64,000 nucleotides of DNA. Origin: an uncultured Desulfobacteraceae bacterium (GTDB lineage Bacteria; Desulfobacterota; Desulfobacteria; Desulfobacterales; Desulfosalsimonadaceae). The stretch lies in NCBI GenBank assembly GCA_964598885.1, contig CAZRES010000004.1, forward strand, positions 5,545 through 69,544. The letters run 5' to 3'. Made by a program: the position numbers and the translations under genes. Below are positions 48,188 to 57,554 of the stretch, in pieces. Below the pieces are notes generated by a model that was not told the DNA's origin, made no database searches, and saw only the letters and a program-made list of their open reading frames with translations. Each line of letters opens with the position of its first letter. Position 1 is the stretch's first letter.

Positions 48188-49163
48188 CTTCCGCGACGTT
48201 TCCCTTGACCAAATCAATGTGGAAGACGAACGGTTTCGGATTTCAACACCAGAACCCACGGATGATCTGGCAGAGGCGGTTAACAGGATCGGGATGCTCT
48301 ACCCCCCGATCCTTTTTGAAACAGCATCCGATGATTATGTGATTGTTGCCGGATTTAAGCGTATCGGAGTTTGTCGCCGGCTTGGATGGAATACCATCGG
48401 TGCCCGGATCCTCCCCGGCGATACGCCCGCATGCGACTGCCTTCACGTTTCCATCGCCGATAACACGTTTTATCGGTCTTTAAATCTTATTGAACAATCT
48501 GCCGCGGTTTCAAAACTTGCAGCCTTTTACCGCAACGACGCAGAATTGAGCCGGGCTGCCGGGCTGCTCGGCATGGCGGTGAGCCCGGAGCTGGCGGCTA
48601 AACTGAAACGGATTTCCATGCTGTCGGCGGCGCTGCGGCAATCCATCCTGTCCGGGTCGATTTCCTTAAACATCGCCCTTGCCATTGACACGATTGATTT
48701 TCCTCTGGCGGAGAGGTTGATCGCGGTCTTTGATCAACTCCGGCCCACTTTAAACCAGCAGAAGCAGATGGTGGAATGGGTGAAAGACCTTGTGCGCCGG
48801 GATCCGTCTGCAACTGACGATCTGTTGGCGGATGAAGCCTGCCGGAAGATGTTATCGGATAACGATCTTGATCGGCCGCGTAAAATCCGGTGGTTGATGG
48901 ATGCGCTTAAACGCAGGCGATTTCCCGTTATATCGGCGTTTGTCCAAGAGTATCGGCAACACATGCAATCCCTGCGTCTGCCCCCCGGCGTGGAAATGGT
49001 CACCCCGGAAGATTTTGAAGCGATCCGACATCGGCTGGTACTGGACTTTCATTCGTTAGCCGAATTTGTAAATCAAATTGACCAATTGTATGCTCTTTCC
49101 CATGATGTTAATTTTCAGGCCTTGATTGATAAAGATGTTGCGGTTCACGACCCTTTATATTGA
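48177..49163 (+). CDS. ParB N-terminal (sulfiredoxin-like) domain protein, not a canonical partition ParB
   Basis: 328-aa ORF. The N-terminal region [16 protein letters not shown]...[15 protein letters not shown]...[18 protein letters not shown] matches the ParB-box layout (GxxR..A motif region). The remainder is helical. The ATG overlaps the purC 3' end by 11 nt. Confidence 0.7.
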   Translation: MRFNFRDVSLDQINVEDERFRISTPEPTDDLAEAVNRIGMLYPPILFETASDDYVIVAGFKRIGVCRRLGWNTIGARILPGDTPACDCLHVSIADNTFYRSLNLIEQSAAVSKLAAFYRNDAELSRAAGLLGMAVSPELAAKLKRISMLSAALRQSILSGSISLNIALAIDTIDFPLAERLIAVFDQLRPTLNQQKQMVEWVKDLVRRDPSATDDLLADEACRKMLSDNDLDRPRKIRWLMDALKRRRFPVISAFVQEYRQHMQSLRLPPGVEMVTPEDFEAIRHRLVLDFHSLAEFVNQIDQLYALSHDVNFQALIDKDVAVHDPLY

Positions 49164-50244
49164 CCGTGATGTCGAGGATTTACCGGAAACCGGTTTGATT
49201 CGCGACAACTTGAAAGTCCCGTGTCGGTTGGTGGACGGCGCGGAGCAAGTATATGGCGATCTTGCCCGGCATTCGGATCCCGTGGGCGCGGCCAAAAAGA
49301 TCCTTTATCTCACCCGCAACAGGGGCGCTTTTGTCCGGGACTGCCCCGGCACCAGCCATTATACCTGCTGCGGATACCGGATTCTGCATATCGGGACGTT
49401 CTGCACCATGGATTGCGCCTATTGCATCTTGCAATCCTATTTTCATCCCCCTGTGCTTCAGTACTTCGTCAATCACGCGGATCTGTTTTCGGCCCTGGAT
49501 CTTTTGTTTGCCGAAAACAGCACCACCCGCATCGGTACCGGCGAGTTTACCGACAGTCTGATCTGGGATGATCTGCTGCCGTTTTCCCCGCGGCTGATCC
49601 GACGTTTCGCCCAACAGAACCGGACGGTGCTTGAATTGAAAACCAAAACCATCAACATCGATCATCTGCTGCCGGTCCGGCATCATCGAAAAACCATTCT
49701 GGCCTGGTCGCTGAACACCGAACCCATTATCCGCCATGAAGAAAGACGGACCACCCCGCTGAATTCCCGCCTGAATGCTGCTGCCCGGGCGCAGGCACAC
49801 GGATATCCGCTGGCGTTTCATTTTGATCCCATTATTATTTACCCGGAGTGTGAAACACACTATGCAGAGGTGATTGACCGTCTTTTTCAATTTGTTGACC
49901 CCGGCAACATTGTCTGGATCAGTCTGGGCACCTTGCGGTTTATGCCCGCTCTGAAATCGGTCATGGAAAAGCGGTTCCCGCAAACCGCCATCGCCTGCGG
50001 GGAGTTTATCAAAGGACTGGACGGCAAGATGCGCTATTTCAAGCCTTTGCGTATTGCCCTGTATCGCCGGATCATCGAGCGGATCCGGCGGTACGCGCCG
50101 GAGGTCACGATATATTTTTGTATGGAAGACGATGAGGTGTGGCGAAAGTCCATGGGGTTTGTTCCTTCCGAACGGGGCGGGCTTTTCCGCATGCTGGATC
50201 AAAGCGCCGTGAAGACTTGCGGCGTGACAGTTGACGCGGTATGA
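49126..50244 (+). CDS. Radical-SAM enzyme of the spore-photoproduct-lyase (SplB, COG1533-like) family
   Basis: 372-aa ORF with a CTMDCAYC (CxxxCxxC) radical-SAM cluster motif. It also has GTGEFTDS and the SplB-like layout ([17 protein letters not shown]-terminus). It overlaps the upstream ParB-like gene by 29-38 nt, depending on whether the start is 49126 or 49135. Confidence 0.78.
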   Translation: MIKMLRFTTLYIDRDVEDLPETGLIRDNLKVPCRLVDGAEQVYGDLARHSDPVGAAKKILYLTRNRGAFVRDCPGTSHYTCCGYRILHIGTFCTMDCAYCILQSYFHPPVLQYFVNHADLFSALDLLFAENSTTRIGTGEFTDSLIWDDLLPFSPRLIRRFAQQNRTVLELKTKTINIDHLLPVRHHRKTILAWSLNTEPIIRHEERRTTPLNSRLNAAARAQAHGYPLAFHFDPIIIYPECETHYAEVIDRLFQFVDPGNIVWISLGTLRFMPALKSVMEKRFPQTAIACGEFIKGLDGKMRYFKPLRIALYRRIIERIRRYAPEVTIYFCMEDDEVWRKSMGFVPSERGGLFRMLDQSAVKTCGVTVDAV

Positions 50245-50305
50245 GACCATTTGATTTTTGCCCATAACCCAGTTGAAATCCATTGTCAAAAAGCCAGGAG
50301 AAAAA

Positions 50306-51628
50306 ATGATTGCCGAAATCTTGTCCACGGGCGATGAAGTGTGCCAGGGAACTGTGGTAAACAGTAATGCGGCCCATATCGCGTCTGTGCTTTCAGAAGC
50401 GGGAATACGGGTTGTCCGGCATACCTGTGTGGGCGATGATCTGAACGTATTGGTTCCGGCGTTTCGCGAAATCGCGGAGCGTGCGGATATTGCCGTGGTC
50501 ACGGGCGGTCTTGGCCCTACCATGGACGATCTCACGGCGGAGGCCGCGGCCCGGACCGCCGGGGTGACGCTCCGGAAAAACGCGGAAGCGATGGGCGGGA
50601 TCGTTGAGTTTTTCCAGCGATTTTCCCGCTCCCTCTCGCCTTCGGATCATAAGCAGGCATTTCTTCCCGAAGGCGCGCTACCGTTGCCGAATCAATGGGG
50701 TACCGCGCCGGGTTTTACCATGACCATCGGCCACTGCGGTTTTTATTTTCTGCCGGGCGTGCCCATGGAGATGGCACGGATGCTGTCGGGCTCGGTCATT
50801 CCCGATATCATGTCCCGGGCGGGTGGGAAAGAACAGGTTTTACGAACCCGCTCCATGTCCGTGTTCGGTCTTCCGGAAGCCGTGGTTAATGACCGGTTGG
50901 AAAATTTCGAAAAACAACATCCCGGTGTCTGCATTGGAATCATGGCCCGGTTCCCGGCGATTTATGTTAAAGTCTCGGTCATCGGCCCACGGACTTCTGA
51001 TCTGGATGAACGTCTGGAGCGGGCCCATGCCTGGGTCATGGATCAGCTCAGGGAGCGCGTATTTTCTTCTTCAGGTCAAACCATGCAGGAAACCGTGGGA
51101 CAACTGCTGATCCAAAAGGGGGCCACCCTGGCTGTGGCGGAAAGCTGCACCGGCGGCCTTATTTCGGATTGGATCACCAATGTGGCCGGCAGTTCGGATT
51201 ATTTTTTATTCTCTGCCGTTACCTACGCCAATGCCGCAAAGATCGATCTGCTGGGGGTTCCTCCGGATATCATTGCTGACTTCGGGGCGGTTTCCGAAGA
51301 AACCGCCCGGCAGATGGCAAGCGGCGTAAAGCGCATTTCCGGTTCTGATTACGCATTGTCGGTGACCGGCATTGCCGGTCCCTCGGGCGGGAGCAAAGAC
51401 AAGCCCGTGGGCACGGTCTGTGTCGGCCTTTCCGGTCCTGCAACGCTGGTCTCCCGCAAATTTCAATCGCCGTTTTCGGATCGGTTGTACAACAAACAGA
51501 TTTTTGCTATGGTTGCGCTTGATCTGCTTCGCAAGGAGCTGGTTATTGATCGTACGGCAAAAGACGACTTTGGGCAAGATCCCGACTGTCGAGGAAATAA
51601 AAGGAAAAACAATGGATTGGAAGGGTAA
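50306..51628 (+). CDS. cinA: CinA-family protein (MoCF-binding N-domain plus PncC-type nicotinamide-nucleotide amidohydrolase C-domain)
   Basis: The internal ATG at 50306 follows aggag. Motifs are MIAEILSTGDEVCQGTVVNSNAAHI, VTGGLGPTMDDLT, and in the C-domain LAVAESCTGGLI and GIAGPSGG. Confidence 0.9.
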   Translation: MIAEILSTGDEVCQGTVVNSNAAHIASVLSEAGIRVVRHTCVGDDLNVLVPAFREIAERADIAVVTGGLGPTMDDLTAEAAARTAGVTLRKNAEAMGGIVEFFQRFSRSLSPSDHKQAFLPEGALPLPNQWGTAPGFTMTIGHCGFYFLPGVPMEMARMLSGSVIPDIMSRAGGKEQVLRTRSMSVFGLPEAVVNDRLENFEKQHPGVCIGIMARFPAIYVKVSVIGPRTSDLDERLERAHAWVMDQLRERVFSSSGQTMQETVGQLLIQKGATLAVAESCTGGLISDWITNVAGSSDYFLFSAVTYANAAKIDLLGVPPDIIADFGAVSEETARQMASGVKRISGSDYALSVTGIAGPSGGSKDKPVGTVCVGLSGPATLVSRKFQSPFSDRLYNKQIFAMVALDLLRKELVIDRTAKDDFGQDPDCRGNKRKNNGLEG

Positions 51629-51974
51629 GCTGGTCGGCGGAGCCATGGGATTTGCCTTGGGCGGACCGGTAGGCGCCATTGCCGGAGCGCTTTTTGGTCA
51701 TATGTTTGACGGCAAGGAGACCAGAGATCCCCGGCCGTCTTCCAAGCCCTTGTCTTCTCTGGATCTTGCCTATGCGGTTCTGGAGTGCGCGCCTTCGGAT
51801 TCCGATGCGCAGATCAAACAGGCCTACCGGCGGAAGGTGCGGGAATTCCATCCGGACGCGGTGGCTGCCAGGCAATTGCCGGAAGAATTCATCCGATCCG
51901 CCCGGCAGCGATTCCAGGAAACCCGGGATGCGTATGAAATGATCCAGAAAGCAAGAAGCCAACAGCGGTCTTGA
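51612..51974 (+). CDS. Small J-domain protein with an N-terminal glycine-zipper hydrophobic segment (mini-DjlA-like)
   Basis: The internal ATG at 51612 gives MDWKGKLVGGAMGFALGGPVGAIAGALFG. The J domain is LAYAVLECAPSDSDAQIKQAYRRKVREFHPD (HPD tripeptide). It overlaps the cinA 3' end by 17 nt. Confidence 0.8.
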   Translation: MDWKGKLVGGAMGFALGGPVGAIAGALFGHMFDGKETRDPRPSSKPLSSLDLAYAVLECAPSDSDAQIKQAYRRKVREFHPDAVAARQLPEEFIRSARQRFQETRDAYEMIQKARSQQRS

Positions 51975-52003
51975 TGGCCCCTGTATTGCTATGGAGGTGA
52001 AAG

Positions 52004-53494
52004 GTGATAGAGATACAATCGGGAAATCCGGCGGAAATTCAAACCGAATGCCTGGTGATTCCCGTCTGCGAGGATGCTCCCGTTCATAAGGATAAGGATG
52101 TCAGGGGGTTGCTGACTTTAGTCGAAAATATCGGAGATTTTAAAGGACGAAGCGAAGATGCGCTTTTTTTATATCATTCCCCGGCCCTGTCTGCTGCCAG
52201 ACTGATGTTTGTCGGGTTGGGCAAACGCGAAAAAATCGACGCAGAACGCCTGCGCCAGACCATGGGGAAGATCGTCAGGGAATGCATAAAAAAAGAGATG
52301 AAAGAGGTTGTGTTTTGCGCGCCGGATTTCGAAAAGCTATCCATGGAGGGATCCGTCCTGCTATCCGCCCTTTTTGAAGGGGCGCATTTGTCCAACCACG
52401 TGTTTGATCATTATAAAAAGGAAAAAAAGAACAAACCGCTTCAAACCATCGGTGTGCATACCCATCAGATGTCCGATACAGAAGGTATGAATCTGGCGCG
52501 GCGGGTCGGAACCGTCTGTTCTTGCGTTGCCATGGCCAGGGACTGGGTCAGCATGCCGCCCAATGAAAAGCGCCCCGACCGCTTTGTCCGATCCATTCAC
52601 AAGGCTGTGGAAAAGGAAAAAATCCATATTACCGTTTTGGATGAACAAATTCTTAGAAAAAATAAGATGGGCGGTATTCTGGCCGTGGGCGCCGGCAGTC
52701 GCAGCAGGCCTCGGATGCTGATCCTTGATTATCGGCCTGGCAGGAAACCGAAAGTCTCCAGAAACATTAAAAGCGCCGTTCTCGTGGGCAAGGGCGTTAC
52801 CTTTGATTCCGGGGGCATTAATTTAAAGACCTCGTCCGGTCTGGAAGACATGAAAATGGACATGGCCGGCGCGGCGGCCGTGGCCGGAATCCTGATCGCC
52901 ATGGCGCGCCTCAAGATCGGCTACCGGCTCATCGGCGTGATCCCGGTGGTGGAAAATATGATTTCCGGAGATGCCTCCCGGCCCGGAGATATCGTTCGGA
53001 CGTATGCCGGAAAAACAGTGGAAATCACCAACACGGATGCGGAAGGGCGGTTGATTCTGGCCGACGCCATGGCCTATGCCGTCAAGAACTACAAACCCGA
53101 TGTCATGTTTGATCTGGCCACATTGACCGGTGCCTGCGTGGTGGCGCTGGGGGATAAAATCGCCGGGGTGTTTTCTCCCGATGACGCGCTCACCGATGCT
53201 TTTGTTTCCGCGGGTAAGGCTACCCATGAACGATGCTGGGCATTGCCTCTGCCGCCGGACTATAATGAAATGCTTGCAAGCGATTTTGCGGACATAAAAA
53301 ACGCGGCTTCCAATCGTTTGGCCGGCGCCCTTACAGCGGCCCTTTTCCTGAAGAATTTTGTCGGCGATACCCGCTGGGCTCATATCGATATCGCTGGTCC
53401 GGCTTATGGCAAAAGAGAGGGACCTTATTGCCCGGCCGGCGGCACCGGGTTTGGCGTCCGACTGGTGATAGAGGCATTGAACCGCCTGGCATAG
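52004..53494 (+). CDS. pepA: Leucyl aminopeptidase (M17)
   Basis: 496-aa ORF with a GTG start, GKGVTFDSGGINLK and NTDAEGRLILADA. Confidence 0.92.
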   Translation: MIEIQSGNPAEIQTECLVIPVCEDAPVHKDKDVRGLLTLVENIGDFKGRSEDALFLYHSPALSAARLMFVGLGKREKIDAERLRQTMGKIVRECIKKEMKEVVFCAPDFEKLSMEGSVLLSALFEGAHLSNHVFDHYKKEKKNKPLQTIGVHTHQMSDTEGMNLARRVGTVCSCVAMARDWVSMPPNEKRPDRFVRSIHKAVEKEKIHITVLDEQILRKNKMGGILAVGAGSRSRPRMLILDYRPGRKPKVSRNIKSAVLVGKGVTFDSGGINLKTSSGLEDMKMDMAGAAAVAGILIAMARLKIGYRLIGVIPVVENMISGDASRPGDIVRTYAGKTVEITNTDAEGRLILADAMAYAVKNYKPDVMFDLATLTGACVVALGDKIAGVFSPDDALTDAFVSAGKATHERCWALPLPPDYNEMLASDFADIKNAASNRLAGALTAALFLKNFVGDTRWAHIDIAGPAYGKREGPYCPAGGTGFGVRLVIEALNRLA

Positions 53495-53554
53495 GTGATT
53501 TATGATCCGCATTGACTTTTTACTGCTTTATTCCGATTCGAGAGAGGCGGCTTC

Positions 53555-54577
53555 ATGACATTGGATGTCAAGCATGTGGTGGTGACCGGAGCGGCCGGTT
53601 TTATCGGCTTTCATCTGAGTCGCCAGCTGCTGGATGCCGGAATTCGCGTAACCGGCATTGATAATTTAAATGCCTATTATGATGTGGGGTTGAAAAACGA
53701 CCGGCTCGCCATTCTGGAACCCTATGGCGGATTCCGCTTTTTCCGGGCCGATCTTAGCGATATGGGCGGGCTTGAAAATATTTTCGCATCCCAGGCGGTC
53801 GATGTGGTCGTCAACCTGGCGGCTCAGGCCGGGGTTAGATATTCCCTTACCAATCCCCATGCCTATGTCGCCTCCAACCTTGCCGGTTTTGTCAATATCC
53901 TGGAATGCTGCCGGCATCATCAGGTCCGTCATCTGGTGTTTGCATCTTCCAGTTCGGTATACGGCGCCAACACCGCCATGCCGTTTTCTGTTCATCACAA
54001 TGTCGATCACCCGGTTTCTCTGTATGCGGCCACCAAGAAATCCAATGAACTCATGGCCCATACCTACAGTCATCTGTATGGCCTGCCCTGTACGGGCCTT
54101 CGATTTTTCACTGTCTACGGGCCCTGGGGACGGCCTGACATGGCCCTGTTTCTGTTTACCAGAGCCATTCTTTCCGGCCGGCCCATTCAGGTATTCAACC
54201 ACGGCAGGATGCAACGCGATTTCACTTATATCGACGATATTGTGGAAGGCGTTGCCAGGATTATGAAAAAACTTCCCGTCCCGAATCCTGACTGGTCCCC
54301 AGATGCGCCGGACCCGGGGACTTCCTATGCGCCATATCGAATTTACAACATCGGCAACAATCAGCCGGTGGGACTTCTGGAATTTATCGGGACCATTGAA
54401 CAGATTCTTGGCCGGAAAGCTGAAAAGGTATTTCTGGACTTGCAGCCCGGGGACGTGGCGGCCACCTATGCTGATATTGATGATCTTTACGACGCTGTCG
54501 GTTTCCGTCCCCAAACGCCCATCAGCGCCGGAATCGAGCAGTTTATCGCCTGGTATCGTGCTTATTACGAAGTATAA
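53555..54577 (+). CDS. NAD-dependent nucleotide-sugar epimerase (UDP-glucuronate 4-epimerase-like SDR)
   Basis: 340-aa ORF with [21 protein letters not shown] and YAATKKSNE (YxxxK). Confidence 0.9.
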   Translation: MTLDVKHVVVTGAAGFIGFHLSRQLLDAGIRVTGIDNLNAYYDVGLKNDRLAILEPYGGFRFFRADLSDMGGLENIFASQAVDVVVNLAAQAGVRYSLTNPHAYVASNLAGFVNILECCRHHQVRHLVFASSSSVYGANTAMPFSVHHNVDHPVSLYAATKKSNELMAHTYSHLYGLPCTGLRFFTVYGPWGRPDMALFLFTRAILSGRPIQVFNHGRMQRDFTYIDDIVEGVARIMKKLPVPNPDWSPDAPDPGTSYAPYRIYNIGNNQPVGLLEFIGTIEQILGRKAEKVFLDLQPGDVAATYADIDDLYDAVGFRPQTPISAGIEQFIAWYRAYYEV

Positions 54578-54656
54578 ACGCTGATGATTATGCAGAAAGA
54601 CGTTTCCCTGGGACGGGCAAAAATCCTTTGAGAGTCAGACAAACAGCCGTATTATC

Positions 54657-54857
54657 ATGCAGCGCTTATTGATCATCGCGGGTATTGTGCTGATCGCCGC
54701 GGGGCTGTTCTGGCCGTGGGTGAGTCGTCTTCCTCTTGGCCGACTGCCGGGAGACATCTTTATCGATAAGCCGGGTCTGAAGGTTTATATCCCGATTGCC
54801 AGCATGATCATTATCAGCGTTGTTCTTTCGGTGATACTCTGGATTTTCCGGAAATGA
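54657..54857 (+). CDS. DUF2905-like small membrane protein
   Basis: 66-aa ORF: MQRLLIIAGIVLIAAGLFWPWVSRLPLGRLPGDIFIDKPGLKVYIPIASMIIISVVLSVILWIF. The layout is two TM helices flanking LPGDI. Confidence 0.7.
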   Translation: MQRLLIIAGIVLIAAGLFWPWVSRLPLGRLPGDIFIDKPGLKVYIPIASMIIISVVLSVILWIFRK

Positions 54858-55655
54858 TGGCGCCTTCCGGTCTTCGGGGGGCGGCTGGACCAAGGGATCC
54901 GCGAGACGCTCCTTTCGCCCTTCCTGTCGGCATTTTTCCCCATACCAGTCGATCTGACGGCAGATGCCGCGGATCATGGCGACCTCTCTTGCCCTGATGG
55001 GAAGCCGGGAGAGAAAGAAACGGATCTTGTTCATCCAGTAATCCGGATTTTCGGGCAGAATATAATTAATGCGGACCAGGATGTCCCGGATCTGTTCATA
55101 CATGCCGTCGAGTTCGTGTCGGGCGGCAAGACGGGGGACAAAGTGTTGTCTTTTCGGCGGATCGGCGTTGAAAAGGGCGTAACAGACCACCATGACGGCC
55201 TGAGCCAGGTTCAGCGAGGAAAAATTTGACGTGGGAATGTTGATCAGAGCGTGGCAGAAACGGATATCCTCGTTGGTAAGCCCCCGGTCCTCGGAACCGA
55301 ACACAATGGCCACGTCATTTTCTTTGCTGATGGGGACCAGTTTGCCGGCCAGTTCCCATGGCGGCAATACCATTTGCCGTTGGGAGCCCAGCCGGGCGGT
55401 GGTGCCTGCCACGTAATGGAAGCAAGACAGCGCGGTTTGAAGATCGGGGAACAGGCGGATGCCGTCCACCACATCACCGGCCGCATGAGTGGCCAACCGT
55501 TTGACTTTTTCCAGATCATAATTTTCCGGGTCCACCACTACCAGTCGGTAAAATCCCATGTTTTTCATGGCTCTGGCGGCGGAACCGATGTTTTCCGGAT
55601 ACCGGGGACGGTTTAGCACGATGGCGACGTGATCCGGAGTTATTTTTTCATCCAT
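54666..55655 (-). CDS. SpoU-class tRNA/rRNA methyltransferase (TrmJ/LasT-like), 3' end uncertain
   Basis: 329-aa ORF with VAIVLNRPRYPENIGSAARAMKNMGF, AIVFGSEDRGLTNEDI and IPTSNFSSLNLAQAV. The last ~75 aa are low-complexity and antisense to the DUF2905-like gene. Confidence 0.8.
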   Translation of the reverse strand: MDEKITPDHVAIVLNRPRYPENIGSAARAMKNMGFYRLVVVDPENYDLEKVKRLATHAAGDVVDGIRLFPDLQTALSCFHYVAGTTARLGSQRQMVLPPWELAGKLVPISKENDVAIVFGSEDRGLTNEDIRFCHALINIPTSNFSSLNLAQAVMVVCYALFNADPPKRQHFVPRLAARHELDGMYEQIRDILVRINYILPENPDYWMNKIRFFLSRLPIRAREVAMIRGICRQIDWYGEKCRQEGRKERLADPLVQPPPEDRKAPSFPENPEYHRKNNADNDHAGNRDINLQTRLIDKDVSRQSAKRKTTHPRPEQPRGDQHNTRDDQ

Positions 55656-55716
55656 GGGCTTCCTGCAACCTTACCAGAGCAGAAGAACAATTATGATAAC
55701 CGCATCGTGCCGGTTA

Positions 55717-56622
55717 TCATGGGGTTGAAGTCGAAAATGTCTGTTTGAGAAAATCGATAAATGCCGAGCACAGTGGTGAGGGGGTTCGATCCTGGTGCAC
55801 GGTCAGATAAAAAAAGCGTTTTAATCGCATGCCGTTTACCGTCAAGGCTTTGAGGGTTCCGGCTGCCAACTCCTCGGAAACGGCGACGGGAGAGAGGATG
55901 GAAATGCCGATATGGTTTTTGATGCTCTGGATCACCGCTGCGGTGCTGCCCATTTCGGCAACAATGTTGAGTTGTCCAATATCTCCGCCCATTTCAGCCA
56001 AGCGCCGTTGAAGGGATTTCCGTGTACCGGAACCGGCTTCCCGGATAATAAACGGTTCCGCGCGCATCATGTTGAGACTGACCTGGTTTTTGGCCGCCCA
56101 TGGATGATCCGCCGGCACGATCAGGCGCATGTCGTCTTCAATCAGTCGGCTCTGAACGATGCGTCCGCTTTCGCTTCTGGCGCCCACGACGCCGAATTCA
56201 AGTTTCGAGGCGATGATATCTTCGATAATCTGCGCGGTGTCCCCGACCATTAAAGAAATATTCACGTTTTCATAATGGGTGAGAAATCGGCCGATAATCC
56301 GGGGAAGGATATAGCCCCCCGGAATCGTGCTTCCGCCGATGTTTAGGCGGCCGCTGATCTTTCCAAGAAATCCGGCCATGGCTGATTCGGTTTCGCTGAT
56401 CTGGGCCAGAATCTTTTTTGCATGGGTATAGAGCAGTTCCCCGACCCGGGTCGGAAGCACTTCCCTGCCGAGTCGATCCAGCAGACGGCATCCGAAATGA
56501 TTTTCCAGTTCCTTGATGTGACTGCTGACGGTCGGCTGGGTAAGGGCGACCGCCCTGGCAGCACGGGAAAAACTTTTGTTTTCCACCACTTCTTTGAAGA
56601 TGTTGAGGTGCCATACATCCAT
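55717..56622 (-). CDS. LysR-family transcriptional regulator
   Basis: The internal ATG at 56622 gives MDVWHLNIFKEVVENKSFSRAARAVALTQPTVSSHIKELE (wHTH). The C-terminal part looks like a LysR substrate-binding domain. It is divergent from the yedF-like gene. Confidence 0.9.
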   Translation of the reverse strand: MDVWHLNIFKEVVENKSFSRAARAVALTQPTVSSHIKELENHFGCRLLDRLGREVLPTRVGELLYTHAKKILAQISETESAMAGFLGKISGRLNIGGSTIPGGYILPRIIGRFLTHYENVNISLMVGDTAQIIEDIIASKLEFGVVGARSESGRIVQSRLIEDDMRLIVPADHPWAAKNQVSLNMMRAEPFIIREAGSGTRKSLQRRLAEMGGDIGQLNIVAEMGSTAAVIQSIKNHIGISILSPVAVSEELAAGTLKALTVNGMRLKRFFYLTVHQDRTPSPLCSAFIDFLKQTFSTSTP

Positions 56623-56847
56623 TGCCCATTCTCCCGCTAACACGTGATGAAGCCGTAAAAATCCTGTTTACACGTTTCGTGCGCCGTTCTGGAAGAAGAA
56701 TTTTTTCGACACTGCCGTGATTATGGATTGAAAAAATAAATAGATTTAAAAAAATGCATCGAATTTTTGAATTTGAAATATAGAGCATCAACATATATAG
56801 AATTTACGCGGAGGGCAAGGCAAATTCTTATCGCATGGAGAGTCATT

Positions 56848-57453
56848 ATGAAGGAGATCGACGCACGAAAACTGACATGTCCGGGCCCGGTATTATTGAC
56901 GCGAGACCTGCTGGAAAAAGAAACCCCCGGTTTGATCCGCATCATTGTTGACAATGACGCGGCAAATCAAAACGTCATTCGTTTTCTTGAATCCAGAGCC
57001 TATAAAACCGCTGTCAGCATGGAAGGCGAATTTTTCTGCATCACCGCACACGGGAATTTCGATGACGAAATCCCGGAGCCGGCTGCGGAAATATCGGCAT
57101 CACCGGAACGCCCCGAGAAAAAAGTCATGGTCATGATCACCACCGACCGGATCGGATTCGGCGATGATGAACTGGGTAAAAAGCTGATGATCAGTTTTCT
57201 CAAAACTTGCAGGGAAATGGGTCGGGAACTCTGGCGTCTGGTATTTATTAACAACGGGGTTAAGATGACCGTCAACGGATCCGCGGTGCTTTCGGAATTG
57301 ACGACGCTGGAAAAAGAAGGCATAACCATACTGGTATGTGGTACCTGTCTGACCCATTTCAACCTGATGGACCAGAAAAAGGTAGGACAAACCACCAACA
57401 TGCTGGATATTGTCACTGCCCTGCAGCTGGCGGACAAGGTGATCAATTTTTAA
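56848..57453 (+). CDS. YedF-like sulfurtransferase-type protein (TusA/SirA-like N-domain fused to a DsrE-like C-domain)
   Basis: The internal ATG at 56848 gives MKEIDARKLTCPGPVLLT (CPxP motif). The C-terminal half is KKVMVMITTDRIGFGDDELG...ILVCGTCL. Confidence 0.78.
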   Translation: MKEIDARKLTCPGPVLLTRDLLEKETPGLIRIIVDNDAANQNVIRFLESRAYKTAVSMEGEFFCITAHGNFDDEIPEPAAEISASPERPEKKVMVMITTDRIGFGDDELGKKLMISFLKTCREMGRELWRLVFINNGVKMTVNGSAVLSELTTLEKEGITILVCGTCLTHFNLMDQKKVGQTTNMLDIVTALQLADKVINF

Positions 57454-57554
57454 AACTGCATGATAAGGTTTTCTTTTCTCAGCAGCGCATGGGCGCGGGG
57501 CAGCCGTTAGATAACGTGCTGGCCCGTAAATTTATCGCGAAAGGAAAAAAGCAG

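Noticed and set aside
47138-48259. 373-aa minus-strand ORF
   Set aside because: It is antisense to purC, which has clear SAICAR synthase motifs. It is a shadow ORF.
49180-50535. 451-aa minus-strand ORF
   Set aside because: It is antisense to the radical-SAM gene and the cinA 5' end. Its composition is Arg/Gly/Pro-rich and it has no motifs.
57336-57554. N-terminal extensions of listed ORFs. Examples are 57336, 56767, 51372, 50258, 43909, 27386, 16549, 11851 and 9395 on the + strand, and 40921, 56643 and 7032 on the minus strand.
   Set aside because: The extensions overlap upstream genes or lack homology-like sequence. Internal ATGs with Shine-Dalgarno motifs give canonical family N-termini, so I trimmed the starts.
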